This document shows, piece after piece, positions 1 through 11,068 of a DNA stretch of 64,000 nt; positions within the stretch are counted from its first letter, which is position 1, and each line of letters begins with the position of its first letter. The translations under genes and the position numbers were made by a program. The notes beneath the pieces were generated by a model, which ran no database searches, was not told the DNA's origin, and saw only the letters and a program-made list of their open reading frames with translations. The stretch comes from Nymphaea colorata. Lineage: Eukaryota. Location of the stretch: contig NC_045138.2 in assembly GCF_008831285.2 (NCBI RefSeq), forward strand, positions 14,074,001-14,138,000, in the 5' to 3' direction.

Positions 1-2575
1 TTGTTTCTTCCCTGCATACTACTCTTAGATGAAAATTAAGTAAAGGAAAAATGACATTTCCCTTCTCCATTAAGCAATGCAAACGTGACATAAGGGGGGG
101 ATAAGCCAAGTGGACTAATGAGACAAATTGTCAGGCTTGTTCGAGACAATCCTTACCTACTACTCTTACGTATGTTCATGAAGCAATGCCGATCAAAATT
201 CAAAGCATGCAATGCATAATAAATTGCAGAGATAGATAAATACTTCTGGTGCATGTTGGTTGGACAAAACCGAAAAAAGAAAACACTTTTGTTTTGTTCT
301 TTCTTTGTTTACTTCTTTTCAATTATATTCAGACAATCAAAATCAGAAGATGCCCCTTTCGAAGTTCATGCATGAATAAAAGAAAAGCCTCGAGACTCTA
401 TGTAGTACCGGCTGAAATCTCTTAATTTATTCACTTTTCAGATCAAAGGAGATGAGCTTCATCAAAATTTAAAGTATCCAAGGTGTACCATCTCTCTCTC
501 TCTGACTCACATTGCTTGCTCTCCGTCTTTCTGCCGCAGAAACCCATCTCCACCTTTTTGTCTTATGGTCCTTCCCTCCTCCCCGTCACCGCCGGCCTAT
601 CTACCACCCCCCGCCGGTTACTCCTCTTCTTGCCATCCCCTTTGGCTTTCTTGACTCGTTAGTTACAGGCGGGGAGTCTGGGAAGAGCGAAATAACAGAG
701 GATGATTCTTGAAACTAGCTGCCATCCATTTGCTGGGGAGCAGTGTTCACCTCGCTCTTTCCTTTCTTTGTTTTTCTTTTTTGGGCATTTGTACTTGGTG
801 ACAATTCCATCATGCAGTTTTGTAAGTGAATTCTCTCTAGCGATTTGGAAAATACGAATAGCACACATTTTTCAACACGGAAGGGCCGTTTGTGGACAAT
901 ATCTCCCCTAGAATCAAGACGATGGAATGTAATGCGAATTCCAGAATCTTAAGCTGAAACTGGGACTAGGATGCTATTTTCTAAAATGATCACTTATTTG
1001 TTTTAGCCGGTTGAGCTTTATTGGAACCAATATCCAACATTTGATGGGCGGAGACACTTTAAAAATGGAAACAGTGGAAAATAATCATTCTTTTTTATTT
1101 TTTTTATATATTTTTAGTTTTTTTACATAAACAAAAAGCACCTCAAAAAAATAAAAGATTGAGTAGAAGATTTGACTCTTTGTTGAGGGGTGGATCAACC
1201 CCACTCATATGAAAGAGTTCCGTCTGCCAGCAATAAAGTTAGATAAAAGCCTCTGTCAATCCAAACCCCAATCTGGATCCAACCAGTATTAAATCTATTT
1301 ATATGCAATCAGGGCAGAATTTTGGTTTAGCTCAAAACTTTGTCTTTACTCATATACAAAAATGCCCAAGCAATCAGCTATAGGCTTGAGTGGGCATTGT
1401 ATTGAGTTTCATTCATTGACATCCCCAAAAGATTTTAGCACCTCCGCTTATATTATAATCTAATAATTGTATCAATTTCAATTAAGTCAAACCATACAAA
1501 TGGATTCGTGATGGTCCATCTTGACTAAAGAAACTAAATCAGCTACCATAATCAGTACGAATGGTTTATTATAAATTCAAAAAGCAGGTATATAGATAAA
1601 ATTTTTAAGACAAAGCTTGCTCACGTCAAGAGTTTAGAGCTCACTGTGGCTTTTTTATAGAACTGAACGCCGAGGCCCTTTTGGTATCTTCTTGGCCGTC
1701 ACTTGGATAGAAGGGAAGATAAAAAGAGATTTGCTCTGCATATATGTCAAGTTCATATATTTATATAGCAAATCAGGCAGAATAGTCTTCATGCATGCAG
1801 AATAGTCTTCATGCATTCTCACGCCCACAGTTTCCACGTTATATACAAAATCAATCTTCATCCTTTTCAGTCATCGATACATAGTGACCAATATTTTTTC
1901 TTTCTCCCTCTTTCTGAGAAACTTTCATTCATACGGCTTCAATATTTTCTATTTTTGCTAAACTACCAATCAAAGATGTAAACTTATTGTCTACTAATAA
2001 GTTAATTAGTCTCAAATAAACCGAACCAGGCGCCCGGAAATCCCTGCCGGACATTCCGCCGGTAGTATGAATGAAGGTTCTTTTCACCTTATAAGCTTGT
2101 TAATTTACTCTGACCTTACAAACTTAATCATGTGAAGTACAGCTGCCAAGAAGACTATTTTTCTTCCAATCATTAATGAAAACGTACATCATGATAAGTA
2201 ACTAAAAAGAAAAGGGGAATAAGATCATTTAAGACTGCACCCAAAAAATTCTTACAGGATCATAATGCGGCAAACTGATGACTAGTTAAGTTGGTAACCG
2301 CGGTTAAAGTGAAAAAAAAAAATGATGTGCCAATATAAAAAATAATAAAATACTATTTTTCATGTCTACAAGATTTAAAAGAAAAATAGGCCCTCCAATA
2401 TGAGGAACTTCAACCCAGCTGGGCAGTTCCCTATTTAGCAATTTCTTACTGGTCTAAATGAAAAATTCCCTTCATTTAGAATGAGTTCAAGAGTCAAGAC
2501 TGCTAGTGAAGATGGTTACACCAACCGTTGAAATGTTTATCGGATGTCAACTTTTTTGTGTGCTCTCTTTCCCAT

Positions 2576-2582
2576 TATATAA
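2576..2582 (+). promoter_or_regulatory. TATA box of the Asp/His-rich secreted protein gene
   Basis: TATATAA about 85 bp upstream of the ATG at 2665, followed by a pyrimidine-rich leader. Confidence 0.6.
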
Positions 2583-2664
2583 TCAATCATGCTCTCCGTC
2601 CCTTCTTCCATGATCCATCCATCGTCTTCTTCTGTCACTCTTCACTTCTCAATTTCCAGGAAAG

Positions 2665-3093
2665 ATGAAGTCCGTCCTGTTGTTTTTGACTCTCATTGCA
2701 GCCATTTCCATGTGTTTCTTCTTCCCTGCGGAAAGTGCAAGGCTGCTTGTTGAAGCAACCAAGGTCCAAGATATGGACGTCAAAGTGGTCAAGGATGGGA
2801 TCAATCCTACCGCTCCCCTCTCTGCAGCCGATCACGTCCTCCATTATGATCATGATGATGATGAATGGAGCCGCCATGATGATGACCGCCACGGCTGGTT
2901 CGACCATAATGATGGCTACCATGACCGGTGGCTCGACCATGGTGACCGCGACCATTGGCTAGACCATGATGACCACCATGACTGTTGGTACGATCATGGC
3001 GACCACAGCGAAGGTCAGCATGACCCTTGTGGCCGTGATCTCCACCAGGCCGTAATCCCCTCCAAAGGGCATCATCATCCCTACCCATGTTGA
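2665..3093 (+). CDS. Secreted Asp/His/Trp-repeat protein, 142 aa, intronless
   Basis: Signal-peptide-like N-terminus MKSVLLFLTLIAAISMCFFFPAESA|RLL, good start context (AAGATGA) and an upstream TATA. The C-terminal half has five W-x-(D/R)-H-x-D units and about 19 His, ending HHHPYPC. Confidence 0.85.
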   Translation: MKSVLLFLTLIAAISMCFFFPAESARLLVEATKVQDMDVKVVKDGINPTAPLSAADHVLHYDHDDDEWSRHDDDRHGWFDHNDGYHDRWLDHGDRDHWLDHDDHHDCWYDHGDHSEGQHDPCGRDLHQAVIPSKGHHHPYPC

Positions 3094-5156
3094 TGTCGTC
3101 TCATGGTACACTAACCGGCGCTCGTGCTTGGCGGGTATGGGCTTGATGTATGCGTGCAACCGCTTGTTTCGAGCTTAAAAATTGTTCAAATAATAATTTC
3201 GTCATGGTTGGACTTGAGGAAATTTATGCTGGTTCTTATCATCATGACATGATTTTCATGTGGGGCTTGACATTTGCATGATACATTAGCGTTTGACAAC
3301 AAAAATGCAATGCTTATGGGTAGAAAGATTGAAACAGGTTTGTGAAACAATAGATAGTTCAGGTGTTCAATGAATCTACTTCAATTTTTACGACGAAACA
3401 CATAAAAAGTGTCTCTTATCAAAACAACTCCTCAACGAACACAATTTTCCTGTTAATGAGTGCCCCTTTCATCTATGTAGGATTTAACGATTTGCCAATA
3501 TTATTACATTTAGATTTGGACTCAAATTATGAATTTAAAAGGTAACATAGGCATCAAATTATGCTTAGGGGATGATTAGATTACAATATCAAAAGTTGGT
3601 TTTGCCTCAAAAAACCAACTCACACAATTAAGTTAAGATGAGAAAGTCACGCCCTCTTAACTTTAATGAAAAGTTAAGATAATGAGGCAGATACCGCAGT
3701 ACCTGAGCCGTGTGTTTGAAAAAATGCTTTGAAACCATCAAGAAAACTGCACTTAGTTTACTTTGTATAACGATAATGAAAACAATGTAGGATATGCTGT
3801 ATAGACTATAGAGTGTCTTCTTGCCCTTCTGCCCCACCCTTAAAGTTCTTTCTGGATGTACTTAGTATGTCCGAAACCATAAGATTGAAAAAAATTACAA
3901 AAGTTTACTTGCAAATTTAAGCCTTATAAAATGCTATTTTTTTTAACGGTGGCTCATAAAATGTAATCCATGTATCAACAATTTCAGCACTTACGTATAG
4001 TATCAGGAACAAAATTTCCTTTTTCTTTTCCCAATTTCTAGATATATATGATCTCAATTGTCAGAGGTAAAGTTTGAACTATGTATTTATTCTTAAGTTA
4101 TAATGCTTCTTCTACATTGGAAAGATGATTCGCCTTTTTACAAGTTGGAGACTGTACATACACGTGCAAACGAGATATATATGAGAGAAAAAGAGATGTT
4201 CGATCTCCCTGTTTTGGTTTTTAAATTCATCTTTACTCTTCAACGTTCTCTTCCACTCAACCACTAATCACTTTTTACTAGTTTTATAAACGTCTTCGAA
4301 TTTTGAAGAACACAGTCATCTGTTTCATAGCAATCGCGTCAAACACTGGTTCAACCTACTACTAGGATGCCCGTATCCCTTTGAGGATGTTCTAATTTTG
4401 AATTGGATTTGTAACTGAACCCTGCCGAATAAATTTGATATTAAAAATATATATATATATATATATTTGATCAAGAAATCAGATTCAGAGAAATGACATT
4501 CGCATACTCAGATTCAGATATTGGTTCGGATTCAAACTAGATTTAGTTTTAAATAAATATCATATATTCAATGCTCTTAGGTTTAAAAAACCATGGATGA
4601 ATGGCCATTCGGATTTGATTTGGATTTTGGAATCGGATATGACTTATTTGTTGGTTTTCAAATATGCGTTAGATTCCCGAGAAAAACGGATGTAGTTAAT
4701 GGTATATTGGATTTGAATCGGATCAGTACACAAGAGGTATATCTGTCCATCTGTTCCCATTCATGACATTAAACCCCACGGCAAGAGACGAAAGATGTAC
4801 TTCACTGTTTAAAGGTGCTCGTCTGTGCTTCTGCCGGAAATTGCAACAAACAGAGCTGCACTTTTCATTAACTTCCACACAGTAGAGAGAGAGAAAGAGC
4901 GAGAGATCAATAGGAGCTGTTTCTCATGGCTTTATTTTATTTTAAACGTACATCCACGATACATGGAACTAAGGAAATAGATGGTGTATGGCAGCGTGGG
5001 GCTCCCTGTGAGAACTCCTGCCGCTGCTTTATAACTTGCGATTAATCGACACATAAACAAAGGACAGAAAAGAAGTAGACAACAGCAACAACGTAGTGAA
5101 GAAAACGATGCCATGAGAGTTGACCCGTGCTTTATTTCCATGCCATCTACCACCCT

Positions 5157-5351
5157 TCAGTGGTGGCCATGGCCACCATGGCCTCCGTGGCCGCCATGGC
5201 CTCCGTGGCCGCCATGGTAGTAGTGGCCATGTCCATGGTGGTAGCCATGGCCACCACCCTGCGTCTCACTGAGCAGCACTCTTGATCCGTGCACAGCATA
5301 CATGGAGAGAACCGCTACCAGCAGGAGAACAAAGAAGACCTTAGCGGACAT
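5157..5351 (-). CDS. Secreted Gly/His-rich peptide precursor (shepherin-like glycine-rich protein), 64 aa
   Basis: ATG at 5351 gives MSAKVFFVLLLVAVLSMYAVHG|SRVLLSETQ, then 33 residues made only of G, H and Y, including (GGH)5. TATATAA lies on the minus strand at 5448-5454. Confidence 0.88.
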   Translation of the reverse strand: MSAKVFFVLLLVAVLSMYAVHGSRVLLSETQGGGHGYHHGHGHYYHGGHGGHGGHGGHGGHGHH

Positions 5352-5447
5352 GGTGATTGATTCTCTCACAAGAAGGAAACCGGTGGCAAGAAAGCTAAGG
5401 GATCCTGGAGATGACCTTGATTGGAGTTGGGAGGTAATTGCCTCTCC

Positions 5448-5454
5448 TTATATA
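5448..5454 (-). promoter_or_regulatory. TATA box of the Gly/His-rich gene
   Basis: Minus-strand TATATAA about 97 bp upstream of the ATG at 5351. Confidence 0.6.
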
Positions 5455-7563
5455 GAAATTTCGCACGCACGGGAAGGCCCTGGTGGTACGTAATTTGAAG
5501 ATGGCAAGTTAAAGTAAGCAGCAGTATATTCTTTCTTTTAAAGTTTGGTTTGGCCAATTCAACGGGAGACAGACAGGCAACTTTTGAGATGAATTATATT
5601 TATGAAGGAATCACGCGTTGAATGAGTAGTTAATGTAATGAAGAAGCACCGCCAAGGGCCATGCATGTCACTGTCATGAGTCATAACCACCCCTTTTCTC
5701 TCCCGGAAAAAAGAAAAATTCAAACCAAGAGGAGCTGAAATCTTCAAGTCTTTCCCAAAAAATCTGAGTGTCGCTGCCCTCTTCTTTTTTACTTCAGTGT
5801 ATATTTGTTACGTGTACACAACCCAACTCGACCTTATACGCAGTTGTTGGAAACAATGACATTATCCAAATGTTAGTCTTTCTGCAATCAAATGAGTCTT
5901 TGGTATAGAGGGGCTTGGGGTTTGTGATGGTGATTATCTACTTAGTCGATGTAAGTGGTTGAATAATTTATCCCCCTCTAGATTTGGAAACGTTCATAAA
6001 TCACAATTTCCAGAAAATTTTACCTACACACAATGGCTTTGGACAACAGATGAAACCTCTACTGCCCCTCTTTCGGATCGGCGCCTCAAAGAGTGTAATA
6101 TCTTGTGGGCAAGCGGGTATACGTACTGTAACTCATTAGTTCAATTCTGGTATGAAGCAAAACACTAACTTGACAGTGCATTGTCCCCATATGGTATGTC
6201 TCATGACTGACTCATTGTCTACACTCCTCAAACACCGTTGTGGCAGCATAACTATCCAATGGTGGACTCTGTCTAACCAAACATAATTTGAACATTTTTC
6301 TTTTGCAAGCCTGACGAAATATCTGTGCGCCAAGGTCTTCGTTAAAGGCAAAGCTTTTCCGCAATGACATAAGCGATTAATTTGTCAAGCATCATGAGTT
6401 TTTCTTGTGACGTTGTTCTACTCAAAGAGGGGACACACCAAACTGTTTGGGTTAACTAATCTTATTATAAAGAAGATTGATGAAGACCGACCATATCTTA
6501 AATTGAAGGACCCAATTCGAACCGTCGACACGAAAGCCAATCACCAATTGGAAACGACGTATTAGGTGAGGATTTTTTCTGGTCAGTCACTTCTTAGAAC
6601 AAGGACCTTTGGTGTGTAGGCATGCAGATGGGGATCTTATAATAATTTGACTCAACTTCACATTTCAGTGTATTTCTCTCATCAGATATTAAAAGTGTAA
6701 CAACTCAATCCACTGTTACACTGGCTCAAGCTCCTGAGTCAAAGCCTTGGTTAGAACAAATCGCACTCTGCGGTTGATGAGAGGAGACTTGTTTTCTTCC
6801 TTTCTCATGTTTGAGGCATGGATCTTGGTGTGGGAATCTGACTCCAATGAAACGCGAGAGCTTAGGCTGGAAGTCTTTTTCCTCGCGATCTTTAGACCGT
6901 ATCTCTGGAGTTGAGAGGGAAATGATCTTTGGAATGCTCCGTCAAAGATGAGAGTTAGCAGGGAAATGGTCTTGGGGATGCTCAAGTAAGAGATTGAGAA
7001 TGGATACGTCAACATGAGATATGGGAACGAACTCGTCAAAAGTAAGAGTTATATCGATCTAAACTCGCAAATTATTGTTACTTCAGAATGGAGACACAGC
7101 GTGTGAACATATACACTTTTAGACTTCTTCTCATTATGCTATCTGCCACAATTTCTGGCCGGAAAAGTACTCCCAAGCATGCGGCTGCGTACGTAGTACG
7201 TACGTACCTTGCATTTTCTAATCTGCAGGTAATTCATTTTTCCCCTATGATGACCTCAGAAGGATAGACACCACCGACTCTTTTATATATATATATATGG
7301 AGAGAGAGAGAGAGAGAAGTCAGAGCTGTTATCGGGATATATTCCAAAGTTACGAACTGATCACGTTTTATGTGCTCCACTTTCCTGCCTTCAGACCATT
7401 TGATTGAATAATCAAATGTAAAGTATTTTGATGCAATTATTTAAATGTACATAAGGAAAAATCAACGGCGCCCAAAAAAACCAACTGCTCACAATGCTAT
7501 AAAATTTGATACGAAAACATCATGATTTTAAATTATGAAACAAAGTTTATAAGTCCTTGAATG

Positions 7564-7967
7564 CTGACTCTAGCTTAAGTCTAAGGATATCAAATCTGAG
7601 CCATCCGATCTAAAATCAGATGACTCAAATCTCTATCTCTCTCTCTCTCTCTTTTCCCTGAATCCCGCTCCTCATCCCCATCTCTCTCTGTCCCTAAGCT
7701 TGCAAGCAAGGAGCGCCGGCGGGCCCGCTGGATGGCATCAAGGAGTCACTAGTCAGCCCACCAGCAACGGCAGGGAGGAGCCACGCGGCGGCTCCCCGGT
7801 GGACTCTTCCGGCAGCATGCTTCTCCCTCAAAAGATGTGAGAGAGGGGGGATTGAGAGAGACGGGAGAGGGAGGAGAGAAAGTGGAGAGGGAGTGAACAG
7901 ATTTGGGTCATCCGATCTTCTGTCTCAGATTTAATGTCTGCAGATGTTTGTAAAATGCTAGAGTCAC
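7564..7967. mobile_element. Non-autonomous foldback/Mutator-like element with long imperfect inverted arms
   Basis: Left TGACTCTAGC..CAAATCTGAG..ATCAGATGACTCAAATCT-(CT)n mirrors right (GA)n-AGATTTGGGTCATCCGAT..CTCAGATTT..GCTAGAGTCA, around a GC-rich core. True ends and TSD not resolved. Confidence 0.55.
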
Positions 7968-8670
7968 CAGTTTATATAACAAAATTTTATATTTAACATA
8001 ATAACCATTACTAGCCAGTTATTGTCATTTGGGCATGGAACCACAAGATCTGCCTTTCTTCAATTATATATATACAGACACACGCGCGCGTGCGCTTATG
8101 ATGTCAATGGAGCAGATTTAGATTTGAGAAACGATATTTAATCAGACTAGCATTGGGATTTGATTCCTCACAAGTACTTGAATGAACAACGGCTATCATC
8201 TTTAATGTAGTATGCCAAGTTCCCCCTTTCGCATCTTCAGTCCAGTTCATTAACAAAAATGCATGATTAAGTTCAAACATTGTAGCGGGTCTACCTTCAA
8301 AATCGCATGTCAGCTTGGACTGGATTGCAGTTTTAAAAATCAGATTGGGATCTGTTCTGGTTTTTTCTTCATTTGGACATTTCAATTTGCATCAAAACGC
8401 AACGACTCAATTGACTGCATCAACATTCTGATGGAGGATAAATTAACAGATTCAATACTCGACTAGATTTTGGATAGTTCAAATTTTATATCTGTACGCA
8501 TTAAAATAGGAAAAAGGTGTGAATTAATAATAGATGACCGAAATTCTTATCACCTATTTCTCATATATTTTCTCTTAACCATCTATCATGTTGGATCATA
8601 CAAACATGGTATGGTTGGATGACTTTTTAAAGCTAGAGCATAGTGAGTGAATGGTGGACTCAAACTATCC

Positions 8671-8863
8671 AGAGTTACCTAACCATCAAACCAAGGCGAT
8701 CCATCTGATGCAGATATATGGTTAAAAGAACAAAAAAAAAAAAGTGAACTAATGTCTAATGTTAAATGATGAAAATGTCTATCATTTTCTTTGTTTTTTT
8801 TTCTTTTTCTTTTAATCGTTCATCATGTTAAATCGATCTCCATTAAATGGCTAGGTAACTCTA
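8671..8863. mobile_element. Small foldback (MITE-like) remnant
   Basis: AGAGTTACCTAACCAT at the left pairs with ATGGCTAGGTAACTCT at the right; internal A-tracts and T-tracts are mirrored. Confidence 0.45.
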
Positions 8864-8923
8864 AAACTGATAAGCACAAACAAAAACATTATGCACAAAA
8901 ATAAAAAATGACATGAATAGATT

Positions 8924-9003
8924 CTACGCAATGCTTCCGTTATGCCCTTTGTTGCCATTATCACGGCCGTCCGATGGCCGCGATGCTCGTGGTGGTGATC
9001 ATG
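8924..9003 (-). pseudogene. Fragment resembling the C-terminus of the 2665-3093 His-rich gene
   Basis: Minus strand reads HDHHHEHRGH, then with a frameshift DGRDNGNKGHNGSIA*. It shares GGCCGTGAT (GRD) and CAAAGGGCAT (KGH) in the same order as the 3' end of the 2665-3093 gene. No signal peptide upstream. Confidence 0.4.
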
Positions 9004-9650
9004 AATTTCCACAGAAAAATGGAATATTTCTACTTACATCCTGACATTGGCTATAAATTCTGAAAACCTCCTCCATGCCTATGCATCCCTCGGCTTTTTT
9101 TTTTTAAGAAAAATGTACAGATAAGTGCATACTTTTGCCCCCTTCAATTAAAAATTTACATATTTGTGCTCCCGACCTAATTTAAATTTGCTAACTGCCC
9201 CACTGGTGCTGGGTGAAGATGTGGATGGTTTAGGTGAGAATCTAATCTTCCACCAAACCTGGACCCAATTAACATATTTATCACAGAACATAGTGAATCT
9301 GATTGTTTCGAACTCGGATCGAGCAGAGAATCTGAACTCAGAAGTAGCAGTTAAGCTAACGAGATCTGGGTTCAATTCTCCCTCTTCTCACCTCATTCTG
9401 AAATGTGCATCCAACTACTCTAGTTTTAACTCTAGAAGTGCATTTAATTACTCCTCGTTGAGCAAAGCAATAAGCTACTGATTCATTGCTAAACGTGACG
9501 AAAAATACACAATCAATACAACAGCAACAGTTTGAGAAACATCACAAACAACGAAACTGTTTCCTCTTATTGGAAACCGGTGAGATTTGATCAAAATATA
9601 AACGTCGGGAATGTCTCTTATCACATTACATGACGGCAGTGCAGCTGCAA

Positions 9651-9896
9651 TTACTTGTGGTGCTTTCCTTTGGGTTGATGGTGCTTGCCAGCATGATAGT
9701 GAGGATGAGGCTGGTAGTGATGATGGTCATGTGGATGTCTGGGAACATAATGAGGATGATGGTGGTGGTGGTGGTGGTGGGGATGGTGAACATCCAGCTT
9801 GTGGTGGTAAGACACCAAGCTCTGCGCTCCATGCACAGAGTACGCGCACAAGGCAATTGCCAAGATGATGGCGAAAATGGCTTTGGCAAGACTCAT
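9651..9896 (-). CDS. Secreted His/Pro/Lys-rich peptide precursor, 81 aa, intronless
   Basis: ATG at 9896 gives MSLAKAIFAIILAIALCAYSVHG|AQSLVS; about 25 of the 58 mature residues are His, including an H8 run. The signal end (YSVHG) parallels YAVHG of the 5157-5351 gene. TATAAG on the minus strand at 9975-9980. Confidence 0.85.
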   Translation of the reverse strand: MSLAKAIFAIILAIALCAYSVHGAQSLVSYHHKLDVHHPHHHHHHHHPHYVPRHPHDHHHYQPHPHYHAGKHHQPKGKHHK

Positions 9897-10860
9897 TTTT
9901 CCGAAGGGTTGCCTAGAGAGGAAGGGCCCTCGGAAGGAGCAAAGTTGCAGGCAAAAGGTTGGCCGCAAGCCTTACTTATACTGAGGTTGTTGCTTGCAGG
10001 GGTAACTGGTTTTGTTAGCACGCACATATCTCAAATAGCTTTCTCTACCTACTTCACAAATTTTTAAAAAGTTATATTCTTTAGAGGGAGGGAAGGCTCA
10101 CCTTTCATAATTTCTTAATACAGGCCGTCGGTTGAGGAAAATTGCCAGACAAGGACATGCATCTTTAGCAGTACCTGTGTAGCAATTACAGAAGACGCAG
10201 AAAACTATAGGAAATCACTTGATGTGAGATGACATTGACATGAGGATTGTTCATATCAGGAAATTCGGAATAGTGCATTTTTAAGATCAGCAAAACGAAC
10301 TTAGCTCCGAAATGGAATTTTGAGAAAAGGAAGATAAAACGTGCAAACAAACGGCTAAAAGGATCTAGCACATAAAGTTTCGCTCCAATAGTAAAGAAAG
10401 GAATCAAGCTAGCTACTACATTGTCAAGAAAGGAATCAATCCCTACCATCTTTGCCAAAGAAGACAGAAGTCATAAGCGCTAACGTCAACACATTGATCT
10501 ACATGCAAATCGCCACAATCCCAGACAGCAAACTACGTTTGAGGGCAAACTAGAATTCTACTTGGCAGGGCCAGAAAACCAGATCCGACCGATTTACAAG
10601 TCAAATAATACGTCAGTTTTCACTGCGCAGCCACCAGGACTAATCGGAACAGACGAACCTAACCGGCACCTAGCAGCACTGAGGGTTACTGATAAACTGC
10701 AGTTAAAAGGCATTCAGATTACGCCGTTCTCAGTAACTTGCTTCACGAAAAAAATGTCAAAGTGATGAAAGTTGGGGATTTCTTGCCTGCAGGCCGAGTA
10801 TTAAGACATCTACTTTACAACAAACATCCTAAGACAAGAGGCAGGAAGCATAGATACAAG

Positions 10861-11068
10861 GACAAGGCCATCCTAGTTCCAATATCATTTGCTACTAAAC
10901 TGATGCTGATACTTTTTATTCTCTTCACGACAAGGAAGGCTCATCAAGGAAGTAGTTGTGGGAGATGAGGACATGGATGATGAAGTGCATATTCCACTCA
11001 CCGGCCTCAATGGGACTGGCTCCTATCATCCTCACCTCAAACTTTTCCCATCGCCATTAGCCATGTAA
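10861..11068 (+). pseudogene. Frameshifted, start-less paralog of the N-terminal half of the 2665-3093 gene
   Basis: GAC AAG GCC ATC CTA here versus ATG AAG TCC GTC CTG. Hydrophobic KAILVPISFATKLMLILFILFTT, frameshift near 10933, then GRLIKEVVVGDEDMDDEVHIPLTGLNGT versus ARLLVEATKVQDMDVKVVKDGINPT. Stop TAA at 11066-11068. Confidence 0.6.

Noticed and set aside
2635..3159. Antisense and alternative-frame ORFs over the Asp/His gene (2635-2955, 2696-2962, 2807-3088, 2959-3159)
   Set aside because: Shadows of low-complexity CAT/GAC codon repeats; only the 2665 frame has a leader and TATA.
6136..7039. ORFs with a faint C..YVWLD (GRF zinc-finger-like) trace
   Set aside because: Too short and degraded to assign; probably transposon debris.
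9611..10067. Plus-strand poly-Gly/Val/Met ORFs and the poly-Thr minus ORF
   Set aside because: Alternative readings of the CAC/CAT His tract of the 9651-9896 gene.
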